A DNA stretch of 39,102 nt from Nocardioides sp. (GTDB lineage Bacteria > Actinomycetota > Actinomycetes > Propionibacteriales > Nocardioidaceae). The DNA lies in assembly GCA_041634935.1 (NCBI GenBank), contig JBFJKO010000001.1, positions 1-39,102 of the forward strand, in the 5' to 3' direction. Below, piece by piece: positions 1 to 10,039 of the stretch. Positions within the stretch are counted from its first letter, which is position 1; every line of letters starts with the position of its first letter. Made by a program: the position numbers and the translations under genes. The notes beneath the pieces are model-generated. The model saw nothing but the letters and a program-made list of their open reading frames with translations. It had not been told where the DNA came from and made no database searches.

Positions 1-1514
<1,514 letters not shown>

Positions 1515-1515
<1 letters not shown>

Positions 1516-1624
1516 TCAGTCGCCGCGATGCGCGCGCCCTGGCGGCGTCCTCGTCGCTCGACGGCCAGACCCGGGCCGCCTTCGCTCCTCCGCCTTGCCG
1601 GCGCACGCGCCTCACGACGCTGAT
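1515..1624. repeat. Structured intergenic element with imperfect terminal inverted repeats (REP/MITE-like or ncRNA)
   Basis: Left end ATCAGTCGCCGCGATGCGCGCGCC pairs imperfectly with right end GGCGCACGCGCCTCACGACGCTGAT; nested inner stems. Confidence 0.5.
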
Positions 1625-1646
1625 ATCGAAAGATTGTGAGTAAGAC

Positions 1647-4364
1647 ATGACCACCACTCCCACCGACGGCACGCCCCCCGAGGGCCCGGGCGGCCGGATC
1701 GAGCCGATCGAGCTGCAGACGTCCATGCAGCGCGCCTACATCGACTACGCGATGGCGGTCATCGTCGGCCGCGCGCTGCCCGACGTCCGTGACGGACTCA
1801 AGCCCGTGCACCGTCGCGTCCTCTACGCGATGTACGACGGCGGCTACCGCCCCGACCGCGGGTTCAGCAAGTGCTCGCGCGTCGTCGGTGACGTCATGGG
1901 TCAGTACCACCCGCACGGTGACTCCGCGATCTACGACACCCTCGTGCGCCTCGCGCAGCCGTGGGTCATGCGCGCCCCGCTGGTCAACGGCCAGGGCAAC
2001 TTCGGCTCGCCGGGCAACGACGCCGCCGCCGCCATGCGGTACACCGAGTGCCGGATGGCGCCGCTGGCGCTCGAGATGGTGCGCGACATCGACAAGGACA
2101 CCGTCGACTTCGGGCCCAACTACGACGGCCGTTCGTCCGAGCCGGCCGTGCTGCCGGCGCGCTACCCCAACCTCCTCGTCAACGGCTCGGCCGGCATCGC
2201 GGTCGGCATGGCGACCAGCATCCCGCCGCACAACCTGCGCGAGGTCGCCGACGGCGCCCTGTGGGCGCTCGAGCACCCCGACGCCTCCCGCGAGGAGCTG
2301 CAGGACGCTCTGATCGAGCGGATCAAGGGCCCCGACTTCCCCAACGGCGCCCTGATCGTGGGTCGTCAGGGCATCGAGCAGGCCTACCGCACCGGCCGCG
2401 GCTCGATCACCCAGCGCGCGGTCATCGAGATCGACGAGGACGCCAAGGGCCGCACCTGCCTGTCGATCACCGAGCTGCCCTACATGGTCAACCCGGACAA
2501 CCTGGCGCTCAAGATCGCCGAGCTCGCCGACTCCGGCAAGGTGCAGGGCATCTCCGACGTCCGCGACGACTCCTCGGGCCGCACCGGACAGCGCCTGGTC
2601 GTCGTGCTCAAGCGCGACGCCGTCGCCCGCGTCGTGCTCAACAACCTGCTCAAGCACACCGAGCTGCAGACCAACTTCAGCGCCAACATGCTGGCGCTGG
2701 TCGACGGGGTGCCGCGCACCCTGTCGATCGACCAGTTCGTCTCCAACTGGGTCGCCCACCAGGTCGAGGTCATCCAGCGCCGCACGCGCTACCTGCTCGC
2801 CGACGCCGAGCGCCGGGCCCACATCTTCCGCGGCCTGGTCAAGGCGCTCGACGCCCTCGACGAGGTGATCGCCCTCATCCGGCGCTCGCCCGAGGTCGAC
2901 GACGCCCGCCAGGGACTCATCGAGCTGCTCGACATCGACGAGATCCAGGCCAACGCCATCCTCGACATGCAGCTGCGTCGCCTGGCCGCGCTCGAGCGCC
3001 AGAAGATCATCGACCAGCTCGCCGAGATCGAGCTCGAGATCGCCGACCTCGAGGACATCCTCGCCAACGAGGCCCGCCAGCGCCGGATCATCGGCGAGGA
3101 GCTCACCGAGATCGTCGAGAAGTACGGCAACGAGCGCCGTACCCAGATCATCGCCGCCGACGGGGACCTCTCCATGGAGGACCTCATCCCGGACGAGGAG
3201 CTCGTCGTGTCGATCACGCGCGGCGGCTACGCCAAGCGCACGCGCGCCGACGCCTACCGCACGCAGAAGCGCGGCGGCAAGGGCGTGCGCGGCGCGAGCC
3301 TGCGCGGTGACGACGTCGTGGAGCACTTCATCGCCACGACCAACCACCACTGGCTGCTCTTCTTCACCACCGCCGGCCGGGTCTACCGCACCAAGGCCTA
3401 CAACCTGCCCGAGGCGTCGCGCGATGCCAAGGGCGGACACGTGGCCGGGCTGCTGAGCTTCCAGCCCGACGAGTCGATCGCCCAGGTGCTCGCGATCCGC
3501 GACTACGACCAGGCGCCCTACCTCGTGCTCGCCACCCGCAGTGGCCTGGTCAAGAAGACCCGCCTGGGCGACTACAACTCCCCGCGTCAGGCCGGCGTCA
3601 TCGCCATCAACTTCCGCGAGGACGACGACGAGCTGATCGGCGCGCAGCTCGTCGACGGCGACGACGACATCCTGCTGGTCTCGCGCAAGGGCTCGGCGAT
3701 CCGGTTCAAGGCCGACGACTCCCAGCTGCGTCCGATGGGACGGGCGACGTCCGGCGTCACGGGCATGAAGTTCCGCACCGACGACGACGCCGTGCTGTCG
3801 ATGTCGGTGATCCGCGCCGCGCAGATCGCGGTCGAGGACGCCTCGGAGGACGCGATGGCCGAGGCCGACCTCAAGGTGCAGTACGTCTTCACGATCACCG
3901 ACGGCGGGTTCGCCAAGCGCTCGCGGATCAGCGAGTACCGCGTCACCAACCGTGGCGGGCTCGGCATCAAGGCGATGGCGCTGGCCAACGAGGACCGTGG
4001 CGGTCTGGTGGGCGGCTTCATCGTCGAGGACGGCGACGAGATCCTCTCGATCACCGCCGGGGGACAGGTCGTGCGGAGCCCGATCAACGACGACTTCCGG
4101 GTCACCGGCCGCTCCACGATGGGCGTCAAGTTCGTCACGCCCAAGAAGGGTGACTCGGTCGCCGTGGTCGCCCGCTCCGTCGAGGCGAAGGTCGTCGAGG
4201 AGGTGCTCGAGGAGGGTGCCGAGGGTGCTGACGGTTCTGACGTTCAGGCTTCGGATGCCACAATCGGGGCCGAGACGGGTGCGGTCGTCGAGACCGACGT
4301 CGCCCAGGACCCGTCCGACGAACCCGACGCAGGCGCACCCGAGACCGGGGAGGATGAAGGCTGA
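1647..4364 (+). CDS. gyrA: DNA gyrase subunit A
   Basis: [25 protein letters not shown], catalytic AAMRYTE, GyrA-box QKRGGKG, C-terminal pinwheel repeats and acidic tail. Confidence 0.99.
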   Translation: MTTTPTDGTPPEGPGGRIEPIELQTSMQRAYIDYAMAVIVGRALPDVRDGLKPVHRRVLYAMYDGGYRPDRGFSKCSRVVGDVMGQYHPHGDSAIYDTLVRLAQPWVMRAPLVNGQGNFGSPGNDAAAAMRYTECRMAPLALEMVRDIDKDTVDFGPNYDGRSSEPAVLPARYPNLLVNGSAGIAVGMATSIPPHNLREVADGALWALEHPDASREELQDALIERIKGPDFPNGALIVGRQGIEQAYRTGRGSITQRAVIEIDEDAKGRTCLSITELPYMVNPDNLALKIAELADSGKVQGISDVRDDSSGRTGQRLVVVLKRDAVARVVLNNLLKHTELQTNFSANMLALVDGVPRTLSIDQFVSNWVAHQVEVIQRRTRYLLADAERRAHIFRGLVKALDALDEVIALIRRSPEVDDARQGLIELLDIDEIQANAILDMQLRRLAALERQKIIDQLAEIELEIADLEDILANEARQRRIIGEELTEIVEKYGNERRTQIIAADGDLSMEDLIPDEELVVSITRGGYAKRTRADAYRTQKRGGKGVRGASLRGDDVVEHFIATTNHHWLLFFTTAGRVYRTKAYNLPEASRDAKGGHVAGLLSFQPDESIAQVLAIRDYDQAPYLVLATRSGLVKKTRLGDYNSPRQAGVIAINFREDDDELIGAQLVDGDDDILLVSRKGSAIRFKADDSQLRPMGRATSGVTGMKFRTDDDAVLSMSVIRAAQIAVEDASEDAMAEADLKVQYVFTITDGGFAKRSRISEYRVTNRGGLGIKAMALANEDRGGLVGGFIVEDGDEILSITAGGQVVRSPINDDFRVTGRSTMGVKFVTPKKGDSVAVVARSVEAKVVEEVLEEGAEGADGSDVQASDATIGAETGAVVETDVAQDPSDEPDAGAPETGEDEG

Positions 4365-5032
4365 TGACCGACAAGTCCGCTCCGCCGAAGACCACCACGC
4401 CGCCGGAGGCGGCAGCCAAGAAGGCGTCTTCGGGGCCCCCGAAGTCGGCGCCGAAGAGCGCCGCGAAGCCGGCGTCCCCGGCAGCGCCGGCCCGGTCCCG
4501 CGACGACGCGGCCGATACGTCGGTCGGCGACACCGCCGTGCGCCCCGGCTTCGCCGAGCGGCTCCAGGCCAAGCTCGCCGCGGGTGCGGCGGGGCTGCGC
4601 ACCTCTCCGAACGAGGACGGCGCCCCGGCGACGGCATCCGCCACGGCGGCCAAGCCGCGCGGCCCGCGCCGCGCGCGCCTGCGACTGACCCGCATCGACC
4701 CCTGGTCGGTGATGAAGACGTCGTTCCTGCTCTCGATCGCCTTCGGCATCGTGACCGTGGTCGCGGTGGCCATGATCTGGAACGTCCTCGACGGCGCCGG
4801 CGTCTTCGACTCGGTCAACCAGACCGTGCGCGACGTCGTCGACGACCAGGCGACCGCGACGTTCGACGTGCGTGACTACATCGGCACCGACCGCGTCGTG
4901 GGCTTCACGATGCTCGTCGCTGCCGTCGACGTCATCCTGCTGACCGCGATCGCCACCCTCGGAGCCTTCCTCTACAACATGGCGGCGGCGCTCCTCGGCG
5001 GCGTCGAGGTCACCCTCGCCGAGGACAACTGA
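4364..5032 (+). CDS. DUF3566 family membrane protein
   Basis: RARLRLTRIDPWSVMK ... LYNMAAALLGGVEVTL with two TM helices; usual position after gyrA in actinobacteria; TGATG overlap with gyrA stop. Confidence 0.9.
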   Translation: MTDKSAPPKTTTPPEAAAKKASSGPPKSAPKSAAKPASPAAPARSRDDAADTSVGDTAVRPGFAERLQAKLAAGAAGLRTSPNEDGAPATASATAAKPRGPRRARLRLTRIDPWSVMKTSFLLSIAFGIVTVVAVAMIWNVLDGAGVFDSVNQTVRDVVDDQATATFDVRDYIGTDRVVGFTMLVAAVDVILLTAIATLGAFLYNMAAALLGGVEVTLAEDN

Positions 5033-5085
5033 GTCCGAGCGAAGGCCGAACCGGAGCCGGTCGAGTCCGGTCGGACGGCGCCATT

Positions 5086-5115
5086 TTGGGTCGCCCTCAC
5101 GGGTTGTTGTAATGT
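5086..5115 (+). promoter_or_regulatory. Putative housekeeping promoter for tRNA-Ile
   Basis: TTGGGT (5086-5091), 18 nt spacer, TAATGT (5110-5115), about 30 nt before the tRNA. Confidence 0.5.
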
Positions 5116-5144
5116 TCCATCGCTGCCGTGTTCGGCATGCGTAC

Positions 5145-5218
5145 GGGCCTATAGCTCAGGCGGTTAGAGCGCTTCCCTGATAAGGAAGAGGTCGCAGGTT
5201 CAAGTCCTGCTAGGCCCA
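5145..5218 (+). tRNA. tRNA-Ile(GAT)
   Basis: Acceptor stem GGGCCTA/TAGGCCC, anticodon arm CTTCC-CTGATAA-GGAAG, T-arm GCAGG-TTCAAGT-CCTGC; CCA not encoded. Confidence 0.97.
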
Positions 5219-5269
5219 CCCGATCCGCACGTCACCACCCCGCACGACACCACGACGAGGGAGCACCAG

Positions 5270-5398
5270 ATGAAGAAGATCCTGCTGCTGGCCCTCGCCG
5301 CCGCCGGCGCCGTCCTGGCCCGCAAGAAGGTCTCCGAGGGTCGCGCCGAGCAGGCGCTGTGGGCCGAGGCGACCGACTCGGTGACCTCCTCCAGCTGA
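5270..5398 (+). CDS. DLW-39 family small protein (42 aa; below the ORF-track cutoff)
   Basis: [42 protein letters not shown]; GAGGGAG ribosome-binding site; xLWxEAT motif and position next to tRNA-Ile fit the family. Confidence 0.85.
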   Translation: MKKILLLALAAAGAVLARKKVSEGRAEQALWAEATDSVTSSS

Positions 5399-5412
5399 AC
5401 CCGCACCACCCG

Positions 5413-5485
5413 GGGGCCTTGGCGCAATTGGTAGCGCACCTGCTTTGCAAGCAGGGGGTTAGGGGTTCGAGTCCCCTAGGCTCCA
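5413..5485 (+). tRNA. tRNA-Ala(TGC)
   Basis: Acceptor stem GGGGCCT/AGGCTCC with the G3:U70 Ala identity pair, anticodon arm CCTGC-TTTGCAA-GCAGG, T-loop TTCGAGT. Confidence 0.97.
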
Positions 5486-5528
5486 CAGATGAACGGTCCG
5501 TGAGCGACGGACGACGGATGCCTCCTGC

Positions 5529-5855
5529 TCAGGCAGCGTGCCTGCAGGTGGAGCAGGAGCAGTCGGAGCACACGCACGAGCTGCAAGGCTCACCTCCACA
5601 GTTCGCGCAGGAGCAGGTGGCGTGGTTGCACGTCGGGCAGGCGCAGTTCTCGCACACGCAGACGGCGCACGAGTCGTTGCAGTCACCGCACTGGCACAAC
5701 GTGCACTCGTCGTAGTGACCGTCGTGCTCGTGGTGCACGTGACCGTCGTGGAGGTAGTCCACGTGGCTTTCGTGCACGACCGCGACGTGACCGCAGCCCG
5801 GTCCGTGTGTGTGGGCGTGGTCCTCGGCGGTGTGGTGCTCGGCAGTGGTGGTCAT
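5529..5855 (-). CDS. His-rich / Cys-rich metallothionein-like metal-binding protein (108 aa)
   Basis: 20 Cys and 16 His; N-half HxHGxxCGH..HVDYLHDGHxHHxH; C-half has two tandem 9-Cys modules; GAGGAG RBS; ATGA overlap with the upstream gene. Confidence 0.85.
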   Translation of the reverse strand: MTTTAEHHTAEDHAHTHGPGCGHVAVVHESHVDYLHDGHVHHEHDGHYDECTLCQCGDCNDSCAVCVCENCACPTCNHATCSCANCGGEPCSSCVCSDCSCSTCRHAA

Positions 5856-6103
5856 CTCGGCTCCTCGGTGTGCTCGATGTCGTCACGGGCGTCGAGGAAC
5901 ACGCGAGCACCCTGCTCGTCGGCGCGGTGTTGGCTGATGACGGGCCGGTTCACCTCGAGTTCGGCGGCACGCCGATCGACCGTCACTCCACCGCGGGCAG
6001 GCCGGCGGACGACGAGGGCACGCACCTGCGACGCGGATGGGACCAGGAGCGCGCTCGCGGCAGTGGAGGTCTCCTGACGGGAGCCGGTCACTGCCTCGGT
6101 CAT
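5852..6103 (-). pseudogene. Degenerate, internally deleted SmtB/ArsR-family repressor
   Basis: AASALL..ASQVRALVV..TVDRRAAELEVNRPVISQH follows ArsR helices 1-4 and joins directly to an alpha5-like ADEQGARVFLDARDDIEH; the wing segment is absent; CACGAT lies 6 nt before the ATG. Confidence 0.65.
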
Positions 6104-6259
6104 CCATCGATCGTGACGCGCGAGCATGCCCGGGTCAACGCTGCGGGCACCATCAGCGCGAGTGGTCTGGTCCGCGACGTGGATGACCGAGGACCGCGCG
6201 TGACCGGGGGGTCCTGTGGTCCGTCCGCGCTGCTGGGAGGCGACTGGCAGACTGTCCCG

Positions 6260-7219
6260 GTGAAGTCAGGCGTGGTGGGAGTGCTGCTGGGTTGTGCGCT
6301 CCTGCTCACCTCGTGCAGCGAGCCCGAGCCGTTCGTGCCGCCGAGCCTGATCGAGGGGCCGGCCGACCCGGCCTACGACCCGGCCCTGGAGCCGGCTGCC
6401 GCTGCGATGGCCCTGGTGCCCGGCGACGCGACCGTCCTGGCGGTCACCGACTACGACGAGCTGCGCCTGCGGCTGGCGCAGAGCGAGCTCACCAGCGAGT
6501 CGTCCGCGTCCGCACGCGACCGGTTCTGGCGCAACGCCGCCCGCCGCACCGTGCTGTTCAGCGACGGCGTGCTGCGCGGGGTCGACGAGCAGCTGCGCAC
6601 GCAGTACGGCTTCACCCAGGACGACGTCACCTGGGAGGCCACCTGGGCGGCCCCGGCCGGTGTCGGCTGGGTGCTCCACCTGCGTGACGACCTGGACCTC
6701 GCGGGCGTGGAGCGAGCCGTGGACGACGGGTTCGGGCCCCTCGCCGGCGCAGACCTCGACGCGGGGCGGCGGCTCCTCTCGCTGGACGCCGCCGACGAGG
6801 CCACCGACAGCTGGGCCGCCGACCCCGAGCTGGTGGCCCTGGTCGGACGCCCGGCCACGACGACGTACGTCGACTCCGCCTGCATCCCCTACGACGTCGC
6901 GTTCGACGACGGCGACTCCGACGACCTGGCCCCGGCCCCGGCCGCGGAGATGAAGGCGCTCGACGAGCTCGGCCCGTTCGCCGTGAGCTATGGCGTCGAC
7001 CTCGTCACCGTGCACCTGGGTCAGGTGCGCGACGACGTGTTCGACCGGGCCCGGCTGCCCGACATCCTGCCGCGCACCGACCCCGACTTCGCCCTCGGCT
7101 ACGTCGAGCCGGTCGCCGACCCCAGCGGCGGACGGATCGGCTACCGGATCGGCGACCCGGCCGCGGCCGAGAGGCTCGCCCGCGAGCGGCACCTTCCCTT
7201 CGCGGTCTGCGCGCCCTGA
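6260..7219 (+). CDS. Putative lipoprotein, function unknown
   Basis: GTG start; signal peptide VKSGVVGVLLGCALLLTS-C with lipobox; acidic mature part; CAGACT -10 element 6 nt upstream. Confidence 0.75.
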   Translation: MKSGVVGVLLGCALLLTSCSEPEPFVPPSLIEGPADPAYDPALEPAAAAMALVPGDATVLAVTDYDELRLRLAQSELTSESSASARDRFWRNAARRTVLFSDGVLRGVDEQLRTQYGFTQDDVTWEATWAAPAGVGWVLHLRDDLDLAGVERAVDDGFGPLAGADLDAGRRLLSLDAADEATDSWAADPELVALVGRPATTTYVDSACIPYDVAFDDGDSDDLAPAPAAEMKALDELGPFAVSYGVDLVTVHLGQVRDDVFDRARLPDILPRTDPDFALGYVEPVADPSGGRIGYRIGDPAAAERLARERHLPFAVCAP

Positions 7220-7247
7220 GCCGAGGAGGCCGCCGTAGGCTGGGGCT

Positions 7248-8030
7248 GTGCGCCGCTACCTGACCCCGACGATGCTCGGGGCGCACCTCGTGGCGCTGGT
7301 CTGCGTCGGGCTGGCCCTCGGGCTCGGCCTGTGGCAGTACGGCGCCTGGCAAGCCCAGCGCGAGGCCGAGGCGATCGACCTCACCGAGGGCGACCCGGTC
7401 GCCCTGCTCGACGTGATGGGGCCCGACGACCCGTTCCCGGGTGACCGCGTCGGGCAGCCCGTCACCCTCAGCGGCACGTGGGTCTCGGACGTCACCGTGT
7501 TCGTCGACGGCCGTGAGCTCGACGGCCAGGACGGCTTCTGGGTCGTCACCCCGGTGACCACCGGCACCGCGACCGACCCGGCGCTGCCCGTCGTCCGCGG
7601 CTGGGTGGCCGACCCGACGCTCGCGCCGGCTCCACCGAGCGGCACGGTCGACGTCAGGGGATTCCTCCAGCCCTCGGAGGGCACCGGTGCCTTCGACGAG
7701 GACCCGCTCGACGACGTGTTCCCGCAGCTGCGGATCGCCGACCTGGTGCAGCGCCTCGACAACGACCTCTACGCCGGCTACGTCGTCCTCGCCGAGCCGG
7801 TCGCCGGCGACGCCGAGTCGACCGACCTCGTGGTGGCCGACGTCGAGCAGCTGCCCGAGCCGGGGCAGTTCACCGCGCTGCGCAACCTGCTCTACGCCGT
7901 CGAGTGGTGGGTCTTCGGTGCCTTCGCCCTCTTCATCTGGTGGCGCTTCGTCCGGGAGTCCGACGGAGCCTCGGAGGGGGAGTCTGAGGGGGAGCCCGCT
8001 GTGGGGTCCCCGGTAGCCTCGGACCCGTGA
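7248..8030 (+). CDS. SURF1 family membrane protein
   Basis: LGLWQ N-terminal TM, GFWVVTP, VVRGWV and C-terminal NLLYAVEWWVF motifs. Confidence 0.88.
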   Translation: MRRYLTPTMLGAHLVALVCVGLALGLGLWQYGAWQAQREAEAIDLTEGDPVALLDVMGPDDPFPGDRVGQPVTLSGTWVSDVTVFVDGRELDGQDGFWVVTPVTTGTATDPALPVVRGWVADPTLAPAPPSGTVDVRGFLQPSEGTGAFDEDPLDDVFPQLRIADLVQRLDNDLYAGYVVLAEPVAGDAESTDLVVADVEQLPEPGQFTALRNLLYAVEWWVFGAFALFIWWRFVRESDGASEGESEGEPAVGSPVASDP

Positions 8031-8395
8031 GCCCTGACATCGCGACCCCCCTGAAGGCCTACCGGACCATGGCGATGATCGTCGGTGTCCTGCTCGTGGT
8101 GCTGATCCTGGTGGGGATGCCCCTGAAGTACGTGCTGACCGACGGCACCGACCTCCAGCAGGCGGGGGAGTGGATCACCACCAACCTCGGGGTGCTCCAC
8201 GGCTGGCTCTACATGATCTTCCTCTTCGCTGCCTTCTGGCTCTCCCAGCGCGCGGAGTGGGAGCTCGGTTTCACCGTGGTCACGCTCGTCTGCGGCACGA
8301 TCCCGATCCTGTCCTTCTGGGCCGAGCACCGCGCGACCGCGCGGGTGCGGGCCGAGTGGGCGGTCGAGGACCCGGCCGGCACCGCCACTACCTGA
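8027..8395 (+). CDS. DUF3817 family membrane protein
   Basis: YRTMAMIVG..GMPLKY..LHGWLYMIF..GTIPILSFWAE; three TM segments; GTGA overlap with the SURF1 gene. Confidence 0.85.
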   Translation: MSPDIATPLKAYRTMAMIVGVLLVVLILVGMPLKYVLTDGTDLQQAGEWITTNLGVLHGWLYMIFLFAAFWLSQRAEWELGFTVVTLVCGTIPILSFWAEHRATARVRAEWAVEDPAGTATT

Positions 8396-8440
8396 AAAAG
8401 CCACCGCCCCGGGCACGCGAGGTGCGCCGGGGCGGTGGGC
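8395..8440 (-). terminator. Intrinsic terminator between convergent genes
   Basis: Stem CCACCGCCCCGG-GCAC / GTGC-G-CCGGGGCGGTGG; AAAAA at 8395-8399 gives a U-tract on the minus-strand transcript. Confidence 0.75.
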
Positions 8441-8451
8441 TGCTGCGCTGA

Positions 8452-9222
8452 CTACTTGGTGTCGGCCTCGGAGTCGAGGTCGACGACCTCGGCCGGCTGG
8501 TCCGGCGTGGTGACCGGGTGCGGGGCCTCGGCCTCGTCCGCCAGGGCCTCGTCGGGCGACGCGCCGCCGGTGTCCTCCGCCGGGGCCTCGGCCTTGTGCG
8601 AGCCGGTGGACGACGCCGCGGGGGCAGCCGGCGCGCCCGGGGTGCTGGGAGCGCTCGGCGCCGGCGTCGGGACGTAGGTCGACTGCCAGTTGTCGGAGGT
8701 CGACTCGCCCTTGAGTTTCTTGGCGACGATCGCCGCACCGCCCGCGAGGGCGCCGAGGAGCACGACCCGCTTGAGCTTGCCCTTCTTCTTCTTCGGCTGC
8801 TCACCCTTGAGCTCGGCGACCTTCTCGTCGGCGAGCACCCGGGCGGCCGTGGCCTTCTCACCGGCAGCGGCGGCACCGGCGGCGACGACTGGAGCGGCCT
8901 TCTCGCGGGCCTCGGCGAGCTGCTCGGCAGCCCGCACGCGCGCCTCGGCGACGACCGGAGCCGCCTTCTCGCGCGCCTCGGCGAGCTGGGCCGCTGCGCG
9001 CACGCGCGCGTCGGCCACGACGGGGGCCGCCTTCTCACGGGCGTCGGCGAGGGCCGGGCCGGCCTTCTCCTTCGCGTCGTGGAGGGCGGGGATCACGGTG
9101 TCCTGGACGAAGTCACGAGTGGACTCCGTCGCAGCCTGCACGTGGGGGCGCATGCTGTCGACATACCCCTCGACGATGTCGGTGGCCTGGTCGAGGCGCG
9201 ACTTCTTGGAGCGAAGTCCCAT
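8452..9222 (-). CDS. Ala-rich membrane-associated protein with 11-residue helical repeats (DUF5324-like, tentative)
   Basis: ATG at 9222 with AAGGAAGG RBS; AREKAAP/ARVRAA repeats, Lys-rich patch, one hydrophobic segment, Pro/acidic tail; divergent from ppiA. Confidence 0.75.
   Translation of the reverse strand: MGLRSKKSRLDQATDIVEGYVDSMRPHVQAATESTRDFVQDTVIPALHDAKEKAGPALADAREKAAPVVADARVRAAAQLAEAREKAAPVVAEARVRAAEQLAEAREKAAPVVAAGAAAAGEKATAARVLADEKVAELKGEQPKKKKGKLKRVVLLGALAGGAAIVAKKLKGESTSDNWQSTYVPTPAPSAPSTPGAPAAPAASSTGSHKAEAPAEDTGGASPDEALADEAEAPHPVTTPDQPAEVVDLDSEADTK
8892..9089 (-). repeat. Intragenic 33/66-bp tandem repeats
   Basis: Two near-identical 66-bp units (8892-8957, 8958-9023) plus two 33-bp units. 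Confidence 0.8.
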
Positions 9223-9524
9223 CGGGAGCCTTCCTTTCCATGCTGTGGCGAGCCCGGACGGGCTCTTGCTGGCATCGTGCACGAGACAGTGGGTCGGCCG
9301 GCGGCCGACGTCAGTTCAATCCATCCCATCATGCGTCGCGCGTGGGCGACCACCCCAGGGCGGGTGAGTCGGGTGGAGGCACGACGACGCCCGACGGCTG
9401 GGAAGGCGGGCGGGCCTGCGGTGGCGCTGGTGCTGCATGGCAGGATCGACGCGGACACGGTCACCACCGGGTGACCGCGCACGACCACTCACGTCACCCG
9501 CCCGCAAGGGCTCGAAAGGCAGTC

Positions 9525-10028
9525 ATGGCGGACCTTCAGGCCATCCTCAAGACCAACAAGGGCGACATCACGATCACCCTGTTCCCGAACCACGCCCCCG
9601 AGACGGTGGCCAACTTCACCGGCCTCGCGACCGGCGAGAAGGAGGCCAACGGCGAGAAGAAGCGCTTCTACGACGGCCTCGGCTTCCACCGCGTCATCGA
9701 GGGCTTCATGATCCAGGGCGGGTGCCCGCAGGGCACCGGCACCGGCGGCCCGGGCTACACGTTCAAGGACGAGATCCACCCCGAGCTCGTCTTCGACAAG
9801 CCCTACCTCCTCGCGATGGCCAACGCGGGCCCCGGCACCAACGGCTCGCAGTTCTTCGTCACCGTCGGCGCCACCCCGTGGCTCAACCGCAAGCACACGA
9901 TCTTCGGTGAGGTCGCCGACCAGGCGAGCCGCGACGTCGTCGACGCGATCGCGACCGCCCCCACCGGCGCCGGCGACCGCCCGGTCGAGCCGATCGTGAT
10001 GAGCTCGGTCGAGATCGTCGGCGGCTGA
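9525..10028 (+). CDS. ppiA: Cyclophilin-type peptidyl-prolyl cis-trans isomerase
   Basis: FYDGLGFHRVIEGFMIQGG, LAMANAGPGTNGSQFFVT and WLNRKHTIFGEV motifs. Confidence 0.97.
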   Translation: MADLQAILKTNKGDITITLFPNHAPETVANFTGLATGEKEANGEKKRFYDGLGFHRVIEGFMIQGGCPQGTGTGGPGYTFKDEIHPELVFDKPYLLAMANAGPGTNGSQFFVTVGATPWLNRKHTIFGEVADQASRDVVDAIATAPTGAGDRPVEPIVMSSVEIVGG

Positions 10029-10039
10029 GGCTCACCCCC

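Noticed and set aside
1908-1940. Quinolone-resistance substitution or intein in gyrase
   Set aside because: QRDR reads [10 protein letters not shown] with the usual Ser and Asp; no intein-sized insertion in either subunit.
5467-5485. tRNA-Ala 3' end as an integration site for the downstream accessory genes
   Set aside because: No integrase and no duplicated tRNA 3' end seen; the short CCTAGGCTC matches near 23600 and 30768 are explained as TAGGCT -10 elements.
5807-6259. N-terminal extension of the 470-aa ORF
   Set aside because: It overlaps the arsR-like gene on the other strand; the signal peptide, lipobox and -10 element indicate a start at 6260.
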